In this document: one piece after another, positions 1 through 11,338 of the stretch
How positions within the stretch are numbered: position 1 is the stretch's first letter
Layout of the letters: every line of letters begins with the position of its first letter
Origin: Octopus vulgaris
Lineage: Eukaryota
Length of the DNA stretch: 64,000 bases
Direction: 5' to 3'
Assembly (NCBI GenBank): GCA_951406725.2
Contig: OX597817.1
Span: 73,408,001 to 73,472,000 of the forward strand
The notes under the pieces: generated by a model
Told to the model about the DNA's origin: nothing
Databases searched by the model: none
The model's input: only the letters and a program-made list of their open reading frames with translations
Made by a program: the position numbers and the translations under genes

Positions 1-1342
1 AACGCATTCTCTTTCGCTTCTTGTGGAAAGGATGCGTCCCGATGGTCAGGCGATCCATTTGCTGTCAACACCCGTTAAAAGGAGGGCTGGGCATGCCGTG
101 GTTGATGATGCGCAGACACGCGCTGAGACTGCGACATCTCTGGCTCTATGTAGACGACGGTGAACAGGTGTGGTCGCCGTTTGTGAGGCACGCTTTCCCG
201 CAGCTCGTCTCCATGACCGAACTGCAGTCGTGGATCAAAAAGAGGCCGAAGAAGGGCGAATGGCACCGCGAGTGTCGCGTTGCTCTCAAGCAACTCTGCC
301 GTCCTGGGTCGACCTTGAGTGACTTCAACACAACCAAAGCATTCTATAGGGGTTTAGTGGAGGGGAGGTACGACGACGAGCTCGGGGCGAACCTGGACGT
401 CGACGAGGAGCACCTGACCCGCCTGTTCAGGACGACTTTCGGGCCAGGGCCTATGGACAACTTCCAGAGATCCCTGGCCTGGCAGTGCTACCGAGAAGCG
501 CTACCCGTTCGGGATAAGCTCTATAGGCATGGCTCGAGAAACACGGGGCCGACCTGCCCGAGATGCGGGCAGAGCGACGAAACCGCTCTGCACGCAATCG
601 TGCAGTGTCCAGCAATTTCCCACCTGTGGGCTTATGTCGAACGACTGCTGTCACGCGTGGGACGTGTCGGTTTATCAGCCGAGTCTATCGTTAATATCGT
701 CACGCCTCCTTCCTTCAAACGGGAAGGAAGAGCTATTTTCATCATCCTTGTGGCTATGGCGAAAGAATGTATCTGGTGGACGCGTCTGAAAGGATTGGAG
801 ACAAACACTTTCCTCTCTGGTCAATCTCTCATCAACTTCTTCAAGTACCACTTGAAAAGGAAAGTGAGAGTAGAGAGGCAAGTTTTGTCTAGCGAATGTT
901 TTAAAAAAAGATGGGTGAATGTAGCAAGAATGGCACGTATGAATGACGAAGCCACCTTGAGCATGATCCTATGAACCCAGAAATTGAAAACAGAGAGTTG
1001 CTTATTTGCAAAAAAAAAAAAAAAAGAAATATAACATGTGACTCCATTGACCGAGGTTACCGTGGTCTTTTCCGTAGGCTTTTCTTTCCACGGGTAAACC
1101 TCGCCTGTCCTCCCCTTTACACTTCATATTGACATTTCTGTGATAACGATCCCTATTGATCAATTTTTTTTTTTCCTCTCCCCCTTTTTTTTAACCCCCT
1201 TTTTTTGTCCTCTTTCTCTCCTTTTACGATCCCTTTTGATCGAAACTCCCCCTTCCTTTTTTTTTTTAAACCTTCAAAAGAAAAGCGCTACCTTGTAATT
1301 TGTTCTATCTGTGTGCAGCCCTGTGTGGCTAATAAAGAAACA
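1..1342 (+). mobile_element. 3' part of a Tx1/L1-like non-LTR retrotransposon (ORF2 C-terminus plus 3' UTR), truncated by the window start
   Basis: GC-rich open frame to 974, followed by a pyrimidine-rich 3' UTR ending gccctgtgtggctaataaagaaa directly before a (TCTG/TCTA)n tract. Confidence 0.85.
21..974 (+). CDS. C-terminal part of a non-LTR retrotransposon ORF2 (post-RT region with zf-RVT-like zinc finger); 5'-partial
   Basis: 317 aa uninterrupted. Motifs FLWKG...GGLGMP, W...ALPVRDKL and CPRCGQSDETALHAIVQC are typical of L1/Tx1 ORF2 C-termini. Confidence 0.8.
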   Translation: MWKGCVPMVRRSICCQHPLKGGLGMPWLMMRRHALRLRHLWLYVDDGEQVWSPFVRHAFPQLVSMTELQSWIKKRPKKGEWHRECRVALKQLCRPGSTLSDFNTTKAFYRGLVEGRYDDELGANLDVDEEHLTRLFRTTFGPGPMDNFQRSLAWQCYREALPVRDKLYRHGSRNTGPTCPRCGQSDETALHAIVQCPAISHLWAYVERLLSRVGRVGLSAESIVNIVTPPSFKREGRAIFIILVAMAKECIWWTRLKGLETNTFLSGQSLINFFKYHLKRKVRVERQVLSSECFKKRWVNVARMARMNDEATLSMIL

Positions 1343-1364
1343 TATCTATATGTCTGTCTGTCTA

Positions 1365-1395
<31 letters not shown>

Positions 1396-1400
1396 GTCTT

Positions 1401-1459
<59 letters not shown>

Positions 1460-1502
1460 GTCTGTCTGTCTGTCTGCCTATCTGTCTGTCTGTCTGTCTG
1501 TC
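1343..1502. repeat. Compound (TCTG)n/(TCTA)n microsatellite
   Basis: Seen directly. Confidence 0.95.
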
Positions 1503-1759
1503 TACAAACTCACGTGCATAAACTCTCGTACATACATACTCAGTCACACACAGACACAAACACACACATATACCTACACACCTTAGTACATCACTAACTA
1601 GGAAGGTTAAACAATTAATTACCGCACCTGTACTCTATGAATAAATACCTGTGTAACCCCACCACGTATATAATGTCTCTGACATAAGTAAATATCGAGA
1701 ATACTGCTTCGTGCAAGAGTTTAACAAAGGACTCAAGGAAATAGAAAATATTGAAATTT

Positions 1760-2415
1760 CTGAGCAACGATATATATATTTACACAAATAACTGAAACAG
1801 CAGGAACGTGAAAATATATAATATATAATACATGTTATCTACAATAATTTTAGTTGAAAGCTTCCACATCAAAGGAAGATATGGTAATGGTTGAAAAATG
1901 TTGACAACATCTTCGTTTGATGACCCTTTAACAATGAAATAATACTTCCATCTATCCTCCATGCAGGAATAAAACAATAATCACCACTGATAATTATCTT
2001 ATTCAAATCCACAAAAAATATTCTCTTATTTAACGATTTGAAACTTTCAGTAAGCACTCTAGAGCGCCATCAAGGCATGGGGTTTTACAGTTTGAAATCT
2101 TACTATAAGACTGTTTATTTACCATCATCATTGCAATACGTATATATTTTCCTGCTTATTGATTTTTATTTCATCGCTAAGTGTCTCTAACCATTCCGGT
2201 TCACTACTACGATTATTTTCTTTGCCTCAAATTTCTCTCCAGATCTCATTACATTCTTGTGGATATTGCTTGGCCTGTTCTTGACTTACATTTCCCTTCA
2301 ACCCATTATATATCCACTTTTGATCCATATGTATATTATTTCTCTGTCCTGGTTTGTCCTGAATTTCTTTTGAGTTTAGATGTTTTGGGCTATATTCTCT
2401 TAATACAGCTGGTAA
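1760..2415 (-). mobile_element. Decayed R4/Dong-like non-LTR retrotransposon fragment (pre-RT and start of RT)
   Basis: Minus-strand translation gives DQKWIYNGL...PQECNEIWREI*G and ISNCKTPCLDG (compare NWKAPGPDG), with stops and frameshifts. The lower boundary is approximate. Confidence 0.5.
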
Positions 2416-2416
2416 T

Positions 2417-2597
<181 letters not shown>

Positions 2598-2782
2598 TTT
2601 CAATTCTGTTTCCAGTTCTTGCCGAGTGTCTTCCTGACACTTAGGGCAGAGAAACGCACTGTATACATTGCTACGCCATTAAAATAAACACACCAGATTA
2701 TTCTTTTACAAAGTCACGTGACACAATAAAAGGGGAAGAAAGCCAGAGGGAAAAAGGACAAAATAAAAAATAAAAAAGTAAA

Positions 2783-4583
2783 TAAAGACCATGGAATGAT
2801 ATGTCACTATGATCTCGGCATAGTCGGGAAATTGGGGGAATGGCTACATGACTTTCTGAAAGATAGAAATCAAGCAGTAGTAGCCAATGGGGTCACCTCC
2901 GATGACATGCAAATAGTGAGTAATGTTCCGTTGGCATGGGGCGGGAGGTGCAAACTTCCGTTTTGTACATTAAAATCCCTGCTACACCAACATGTAGAGT
3001 GGAAACAATCCGCCAAAAGGAAAGGATCACATACCAACTGCCCAAAATGGAAATGCGCAGATGTAGTGCGCACTACAAACCAGTCCTATCAACATGTAGT
3101 TGAAAGGGCAGCCACTGAACAACAATCCTTTTTGTGCATGGCACAAAAGATTATACAGCAATCTCATAGATGGAACTTCCTCAATACACAAGACCACCCA
3201 CAGTAAATGGATCCAAGGTGGACACCACTGGCAACAGCACAGACATCACATCGGCGCTCTAACTGAATATCAGAGGACTGTTAACACTTAGTAACAGTAA
3301 CACTTAGTAATAGCAAAATTCCTTTCCTGAGAGACCTTGTTGCATGCACTTACAGAAACGCGCCTCAAACCAGATATAGCAAATGCAGAAATATACATAC
3401 CTCAATATGTCGTATTACCGACCGACAGAAAAGAAAGGAGTCAGTGTGGAGTTGCTATGTACATCCGCGAAAACTTCATACACCAGGTCCTTTTGTTACA
3501 CTCAAATTCAGTATGTGACACACTATTTATACATATAAGACAATTCGATGTAGTTATATGTATTACATATCGCCCTCCAGATGTTCCGAATCATGCGGAA
3601 AAGTTTGAAGACTGCCTTACAAAAATAGAAGTTCTAGTTACATTAGAACAACGCATAAGTGTACTTCTTATGGGAGATACAAATGTGTCACGGAGAGAAA
3701 GGCCACTGTACACAAGAACAAATTTCCTAGGGAGAAGAAATTTCTTGTGAGACTGCATGCAAAAAGTTCAAATCGCCTGAACAAACAAATTGAAAGCAGT
3801 GAAAAATCCCGCCTGAAAATACGACTGCTGGAGATTGAAAAAAATCTGCAACTTTCTCATGAAAAAGAAACAGCAGACAAAGAAGCCTGAGCTATAGACG
3901 ATATAAGATCTAACCCCAGATCCTTCTACAAGTTTGCTAAAAAAAACAGCTTCAGTGCCCTGCAGGGTAGGGCCACTCCTCGAAAAAGATGGTACACTCA
4001 CAAGAAACCCAATGAGGATAAGAAAAATGCGAAATTAGTAATTCAAAAGTGTTTTCACTCCACTCCTGGGACACTTGCAAGTCAGCAATTCAGATGACTT
4101 TTTCGCCACTGCAGACATAAACACAGAGGCATCAATTTAAAAAAAGACGATGTAATAAGGGCTATAGACAAGATGAACCCGAACTCAACTACTAGCCCTC
4201 ATGGATTCCAAGTAATCCTTCTAAAATCATGTAAGCAAGTCCTAGCAAGACCACTGCAGACTCCCTTCCAGAGCTTCCTTGCAACTGGCAAACTTCCAAG
4301 CAAGCTGAAGGAAGGGAAAATATGCTCCAGTCCATAGAGGGGGTAGCATAGCAGAGGCCAAAACTACAGACCTATTTCTGATCTCGTACATCAGCAGTCA
4401 TGCAACGAATAGTCAGAAGAAAAGAAATCACCTTCCTTGAATAAAATGACTGACACCCAATATGGTTTCCGACCAGGAAGAAGCTGCCTGACTCAGCTCT
4501 TACTACACTCTGACTGGGTGTTGAAACAGCTGCTCAACCAATCATATGAGGATGTGATATATCTCGACTTCGCAAAGGCTTTC
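2783..4583 (+). mobile_element. Decayed CR1/Jockey-group LINE (APE endonuclease and RT fragments)
   Basis: APE motifs LTETRL..., GVAMYIRE, CITYRPPD, LMGD at 3337-3750. RT motifs NYRPIS, QYGFRPGRSCLTQLL and VIYLDFAKAF at about 4360-4583. RT piece DHGMICH..LGIVGKLGEWLHDFLKDRNQAVVANG at 2783-2930. Confidence 0.85.
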
Positions 4584-5290
4584 TCAATCCCATCCTTTCC
4601 GCCACAATCCTACTAGCAGCCTTGATAAGATTATTTGTTTGTGTAATGTTTCAATGTGTTTCAATACAATATTGACTTTATTCGTCTCTAGATTTAGCCT
4701 CCGTTGGTTAGCCTTCTTAAAGTCGCACATAAATTCTGTCCCTTCTGGATCCAAAATTTTGTTTATCATTAATCGGTCTTCATTGTTTGAGTAGTCACGG
4801 ATCTCAATTCTTTCACAATTCACAGTATTATATTCTTGTGAACAATTGTCCATCTCCTCCACTATACCAGTTTCGTTTTTCGCACGCCCAGTATCACTCG
4901 ATATCCTTCTTTTAGTAGCTTTTAGCTCCAATTCTATTAACCACCCATTCTTTCGTATTGTTCTTGCTTGGTCACATAATCTCTGTTCAGTAATTTCGAA
5001 CAATTCCATAGCCTTCCATTCACTGTGCATTCATTTTCTGTACCCTCTGACAAGTACGCCATTCGCACCCATTGGGGTGCTCCGGTAGTAACACTCCATA
5101 ATCATCATGTTCACTTGTTTACTCCACTTATGTCTTGTAGCATGGCTAGCAGTTGCTGGATTACAACCGGGCCCACCCTGCTGCACAGCGGGGAACCTGC
5201 CGGGTGCAGCACCTTCACCACTGGTTCCAGTCCCGTTCACGCTGTTATCGTCATTTATTTTGCTTGACATTTTCACTCACAAATGAGCTA
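4584..5290 (-). mobile_element. 5' coding end of an R4/Dong-like (RLE-type) non-LTR retrotransposon, interrupted by a stop
   Basis: ORFs 5031-5276 and 4584-5030 read through one stop as RHKWSKQVNMMIMECYY...RGYRK*MHSEW...TEQRLCDQARTIRKNGWLIELEL, the characteristic N-terminal block of this group. Confidence 0.75.
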
Positions 5291-5736
5291 CTGCAGCGGC
5301 CCACCTGTGAATTTAAGATTTAACCAAAGAAGGAGGGAGAGGCGTTCATCTGAATCTAACGAAACACTAGCTTAATGTTTGAATTGGGATGTGAAAGTGT
5401 GATTTCGGCTGAAGACTTTTACGATGTCAACAAGTAATCTTCAAAAGTAGTGAAGAAAGTGATAAAGGGAGAAAGAGAGAGAGAGTCAGACAGACAGACA
5501 GAAAGACATAAAGAGAGTGGTGATAAAAAGACAGAGGGAGAAAAAGAGAGAGAGGGAGAGAGAGAGAGAGAGAGAGAAAGAGAGGAAATACATGTACTTT
5601 AAACAATAGGTTCAGCATTATAGCAATCAGTGTGTTTTAGATAGCCAATTTTCATATATGACTGAATAAATAAAAGTGTAAGTTTTAGGAATTTAAGCTT
5701 TAACCAAGATGGAAGGGGAAGCCTTTTAAGTTAATC

Positions 5737-5821
5737 TCTTCTTCTTCTTCTTCTTCTTCTTCTTCTTCTTCTTCTTCTTCTTCTTCTTCTTCTTCTTCTT
5801 CTTCTTCTTCTTCTTCTTCTT
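5737..5821. repeat. (CTT)n microsatellite
   Basis: Seen directly. Confidence 0.95.
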
Positions 5822-5823
5822 TT

Positions 5824-6035
5824 GATGGCGAGTTGGTAGAATCGCTAGCATGCCGGATAAATTGCTTGGCTGCATTTCGCCCCTCTTTAGGTTCTGAGTT
5901 CAAATTTCGCCGAGGTCAACTTTGCTTTTCATACTTTTAGGATAGATAAAATAAGTACCAGTTGAGCACTAGGGTCGACGCAATCGACTTAACTCGCCAC
6001 CAAAACTGCTGGGTCTGTACCAAAGATTCGAAAAC
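5824..6035 (+). mobile_element. tRNA-type SINE, family A (diverged copy)
   Basis: Head ggcgagttggtagaatcg, B-box-like gagttcaaatt, and core gaggtcaactttgc..aagtaccag shared with more than 10 copies in this window. Confidence 0.8.
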
Positions 6036-6769
6036 ATTATTATTATTTTCCTCCTCGTCCTCCCTTTTCACCTCATCATTCGTTGCCACCTGTCAAGGCG
6101 TCTTTCTTGGTGGTTTCTGATAACTAGGGGAGTTTGGATATCTTATCATGACACAGAGTGAAAGAAAAAAAGAAAACCTTTTTTGTAAGATTATACAAAG
6201 CAGGACATCTTGAGCAAGTTTGAAGTTATTTTCTCTAAAATGAAAGGGAGGAAGGTGCATGTTTTAATATTTTGTTTTTCTCTTCGAACATTTGTAAATA
6301 ATTGCGTCTATGATAACAACAAAAAGATACACCCCGACCTATAGAAAATGAAAAAATACTGAAAAAGATGACAAAATAAATGGAAAACTGTTTCTTTCTC
6401 ACACGGCATATACAATGAAAAATATAGACAATGGAACAAAAGAACGCGCGCGTACACACATAGACACACACACAAACACACATACTATATCGGATCTAAA
6501 CACGAATATTTCGTTCTGTAATGTCACTGATAACAAAAAGAGTAAACATGAACGAACTTGCAGAACGGAAAGGCTTTTGGCAATCTTGAATATCAATGAA
6601 AAATGCTATTCTTCTTGGTCGTTTTATCAAGGAATGAGAAAGAAGCAATAAACAAACAAATAAATAAATGAAATAAAATAAGATATAAAAAGAATCTCTG
6701 GCGAGACAGGAACTTTCTTCTACCTACAAAAGGTAGCGCTAGCTGATTCTTTGAACAGCGATAAATCAG

Positions 6770-8235
6770 TTGGCCGACAGAAACCGCAAGGAATTATATG
6801 TGTGTGTTTTCAACTGGAAGAATGAAGTACGAAGACAGACCGAGCAAGTTCGATGCAAGCCTGCCCATCCACATGTTATACCGCACTTAGTGTGAGGAAA
6901 CACGAGAGTAAGGGTCAAGGATATTGGTAATAGCACTTTGATGAACAGTATGGACAGGTGGCAAGTACTGAGGTCAGAAAGACTGACATTGGTCCTGTGA
7001 CACCTCAGTGGATACGACTCCCGAAAACCACAAGATCATATCAGAAGTGTTATCAATCGAAGGTGTGAAACGAAAGGTAAGATTGTTAGTGAAGGAGAGG
7101 AATCCTAGCTGTCACAAGTGTGGTAACTAAAATCGAGAGCTTTCTGCACACAGACGAAGCAAAATCAAAATAAAAAGAACACCAACAGAATCATCGACAA
7201 CATTCTCAGAAACGTTTGCTGATATTAAAATACTCCCGGCCAAGAAAAGGTGAGATGGGGAGATGTGCTTACAGCAACAGAAACGGCAGCAAACCCCAGT
7301 CCCAACAACGTCACGAGTCTCAGCTCCGGAAATAATGCAAGCAGTCAACTCATACCAAGTCTTGAAAACCAGCAACCAAATGCGCCGTCTCCTTACGAGA
7401 ACTAACAGCAACGGCATCATTCTTATGATGAGAAAGGTGATGGATGGTAGTGAAAAAAAAAGCAAAAAACAAAAACAATATTCCCACACCATCAGAGAAA
7501 AGAAGGAGAAAGAGAGGAAAAAACATACTGGCCTAAAAGAAAAATTCGAAAAAAAAATGGTTAAAAAAAGAACTCCCCATCTCTTCTCAGCAACAATAAT
7601 ACGACGACAGAAACAAAGAACTGAAATTCATCGTCCTTGGAGACTCAAACCAGTGTCTCATAGACATAATAAACAAGCATGTTTTGTTGTGGGCGTTGCC
7701 TGGATGAGTTAATCCCCGACGAACAAATAAAGCTGGAATATAAGAGACAGTCAAAACATAGGTTCTAAATAAAAACAATAGAGCTTCATTACTATCAGCT
7801 GAGACAGGAATATGTTGAGGACGTTATAGATTGTTTCTTATCTCAACGCACACAGAAAATGTGAATGGCAACCTTTCGGTATGAACGTTGGCAAGTGGAT
7901 GGCCAGAGAAAGTGAAATGTTCTAACCCGACATAGCTATAGTTTCTCAACCGTGTGTTGGCAGGAACTCTAATTGTTTCCCATGTGTTTTTTCCATTATC
8001 TTTTATTCAAATTATACACCACTTTAATTATTCTTTTAAGTATTTTACTTATTCCATTTATTATCTGTATATTTATTTTAAAATTTTACCTTGTTCCGTT
8101 TTAACTTGCATAATATCTTTCACCCTTTCCCTCGTTTCTTTATGATTCGATGTCCCATCCCAAACGTCTTCGTATGATTCCTGCTTAAAATTTCCTCGTA
8201 TTGTATGTTTATGACCCTTGCAGCTGCTAAAGAAT

Positions 8236-8236
<1 letters not shown>
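6770..8236 (+). mobile_element. Degraded LINE-like remnant with an ORF1-like zinc knuckle and a Tx1-like 3' end
   Basis: KVRLLVKERNPSCHKCG near 7075-7125. The 3' end gacccttgcagctgctaaagaa precedes (TAC)n and loosely resembles the 3' end at 1318-1340. Confidence 0.4.
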
Positions 8237-8295
<59 letters not shown>

Positions 8296-8487
8296 CAAAA
8301 CCCCCACGACTACCTCCACAACCACGCCGACCACTTCCACTTGTGTGTCTGCTCACGATGCTCTCTTTGGTGTTGCTTTTGTAGGATATGAATCCGTTAG
8401 CTAAACTGTATAGTTTTGAAAACTAATCCCGTCCTTAATAAACACCTAACCAATCTCCCTACAATATCAATTTTAATATAGTAAACA

Positions 8488-8878
8488 ATTGCTTACCAAC
8501 CACATGGTTCCGGGTTCATTCCCACTGCTTGGCACCTTGGGCAAGTGTCTTCTACTATAGCCTCGGGTCGACCAAAGCCTTGTGAGTGGATTTGGTAGAC
8601 GGATACTGAAAGAAGCCCGTCGTATATATGTATATATATTTATATATATATATATAATATGTATGTGTGTATATATGTTTGTGTGTCTTTGTTTGTCCCC
8701 TAACATCGCTTGACAACCGATGGTGGTGTGTTTACGTCTCCGTAGCTTAGCGGTTCGGCAAAAGAGACTGATAGAATAAGTACTAGGCTTCCAAAGAATA
8801 AGTCGTGGGGTCGATTCGCTCGACTAAAGGTAGTGCTCCAGCATGGTCGCAGTCAAATGACTGAAACAAATAAAAGAG
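8488..8878 (+). mobile_element. SINE family B (CORE-like motif, internal TA/TG microsatellite)
   Basis: tRNA-like ggttccgggttca, CORE-like accttgggcaagtgtctt, internal (TA)n, and tail gctccagcatgg..cagtcaaatgactgaaac. Multiple copies in the window. Confidence 0.85.
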
Positions 8879-9379
8879 TAATTATGTAACTCCCGCTCTT
8901 TCTGTTACTTCTATATACTTGGTTTTTTGTCTGCCACAACGACCCACTATGATCCTAGAAAGTGGGTGGAAAAAACCAAAAGCAAATCAGCGTGAAAGTC
9001 TGTTGATAGGGAAAGTCATCTGTGCATTATAAGAACATTTGGATATGTATGTTTGGTAAACCATATGTTCAAAATATCCTGATGAATAATATGCTTCTGG
9101 AATTTGTTTAATATGTAAGAAATAAAAAAATAATGAGAAGTAGACACACTATTTTGGCACCATTTGAATTTATAACATTTTAATCACTTTTGTCATTCTG
9201 CATTTAATGTAATTTTTTGGCAACTAGGGAAGAAATTTATTATTCCTTTCTAGAGTCGTGCCTTTAATCAACTTCCTTGTCAAAAGTTTGAAATATTTTG
9301 TGTTAGTCTTAATTTTTATAGTTGTTAAACACACTATCACACACGCACACGTATACATGTAGCAGGAATATTTAACAAT

Positions 9380-9725
9380 ATTTTCCATAGCCGGGCTATT
9401 TCATACTTAAGAGGTTTGTATTATCTATCTTTGAAACCTCCTTCTTGACTATTCGTGGGTCAAAGGGGCATGCAACATCAATTATATAACATATGTTGTC
9501 CACCTTGTCCACCACCACTAGGTCTGATCTGTTATGCTCTAGCACCTAATCTGTTTGGATTAGGAAATCCTAGAGGATTTTGCTAGTCACCGACTCCGCC
9601 ATTCTCTGCAGTTTGTGCTCATACCACGTCTTGCCTCTCTATAGTCCCCACTTTTCGCACAGTTTCCAATGTAGCACTTTCGCTACCTGATCGTGTCGTC
9701 ACAACTTATAGTGGTTTTGGGCAAG
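9380..9725 (-). mobile_element. R4/Dong-like restriction-like endonuclease (RLE) fragment, pseudogenised
   Basis: Minus translation RHDQVAKVLHWKLCEKWGL*...HNRSDLVVVDK..IIDVACPFD...YKPLKYEIARLW. Confidence 0.8.
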
Positions 9726-9864
9726 TCTAGGGCATTCTTTCGTGATATGGGCAAGTCTAGGGCATCCGTTCGTGATATGGGCAATGGTTTCACCCACTCT
9801 ATTGCAGAGGCGATAGAGCCTAGACACTTGCTTATTTTTAAGGCTGACCCTCATTATTATTCTA

Positions 9865-9927
<63 letters not shown>

Positions 9928-10150
9928 GAGGAAAATCACCAACAACCGATAGAGCGGCAGTTGACGGGGGCTATCGTTAACAACTGGTGGTAGGCCACCC
10001 TGAAGAGGGCGATTAGAGCAGAATCGATAGCGTTTAGCAAAGAGTTAGCGATAGAAATTAATAGAATAGAAATAGCCTGTCTATGGGTCCTTGGGAACAG
10101 TATCAGAAGGCAACAAGAGGAATATAAAGGAAATTGGAATAGAGTGCCTA

Positions 10151-10209
<59 letters not shown>

Positions 10210-10227
10210 AATAATATTAATAATAAG

Positions 10228-10548
10228 AAATGGAGAAACTCTCAAAATACAAAGACCTGGAAATAGAGGTAACTAGAATGTGGAATCTGAAAACAGAAAC
10301 AATTCCTATCATAGTAGGTGCATTAGGCATGATAAAAAAATATTCAGACAAATACATAACAAAAACACCAGGACTTACAAACACATATAACATACAGAAA
10401 ATTGCACTACTAGGCACTGCACACATCCTACGCAGAACACTTTCCATACAATAACCATCAGAGCATCACAACAAATCACAGCACATACCCAAGGCACACA
10501 GAGCTGTGCTCGGTAGTGAAGTGAAAGCACGCTATAAAAATAAAACTA

Positions 10549-10552
<4 letters not shown>
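10228..10552 (+). mobile_element. 5'-truncated 3' end of an R4/Dong-like element embedded in (TAA)n
   Basis: KLSKYKDLEIEVTRMWNLKTETIPIIVGALG...IQKIALLGTAHILRRTL* plus a ~100-bp 3' UTR, with (TAA)n on both sides. Confidence 0.85.
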
Positions 10553-10625
<73 letters not shown>

Positions 10626-10848
10626 TAAATGCCCTGATGCAGTACCAGCTAGTAGCTCTCATGACTTCTGATCTTAACTGATTGGAAGTGTTATCATGTA
10701 CATTGTTTTGTCTTGGTATAAAAGATGGGCTACAGCAAATATTCTGCTCAATACTACAGATTTGCTTGTCAGTTGTTTGATCTTAACCACTTGAGCATGT
10801 CCCTTATTGGCTGGAGATATGTGCATCTCTGGTCACGAGCAGAAGTAA

Positions 10849-11016
10849 TGGGGGAGCTAGTCGATTACTTCAATACCAGTGCTTAAATGGTACATATTTC
10901 ATCGATCCCGAAAGGATGACTGGCAAAGTCAACCTCGGCGAAATTTGAACTCAGAGCATAAAGAAAGATGAAATGCCGCTAAGCATCTTGTCCGCCGATT
11001 TTGCCAGCTCGCCGCC
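10849..11016 (-). mobile_element. SINE family A
   Basis: Reverse complement of the family A head and core, ending ccagctcgccgcc. Confidence 0.85.
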
Positions 11017-11029
11017 TTATGATAATAAC

Positions 11030-11097
<68 letters not shown>

Positions 11098-11098
<1 letters not shown>

Positions 11099-11338
11099 CC
11101 TTTCTACTATAAGAACAAGGCCTGAAATTTTGGGGGATGGAGTAAGCCGATTACATCGACCCCAGTGCTTGACTGATATTCTATTTCTTTACTACCCACA
11201 AGGGGCTAAACACAGAGAGGACAAACAAGGACAGACAAACGGATTAAGTCGATTATATCGACCCCAGTGCGTAACTGGTACTTATTTAATCGACCCCGAA
11301 AGGATGAAAGGTAAAGTCGACCTCGGCGGAATTTGAAC
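11098..11338 (-). mobile_element. Two fused SINE family A pieces, one with the Tx1-like tail
   Basis: Core plus tail ...gccccttgtgggtagtaaagaaatag (minus strand) runs directly into the 3' half of another family A copy. Confidence 0.85.

Noticed and set aside
9719-9785. 30-bp tandem repeat that might suggest a CRISPR-like array
   Set aside because: Only about two adjacent units with no spacers, at the edge of a retroelement fragment in eukaryotic DNA.
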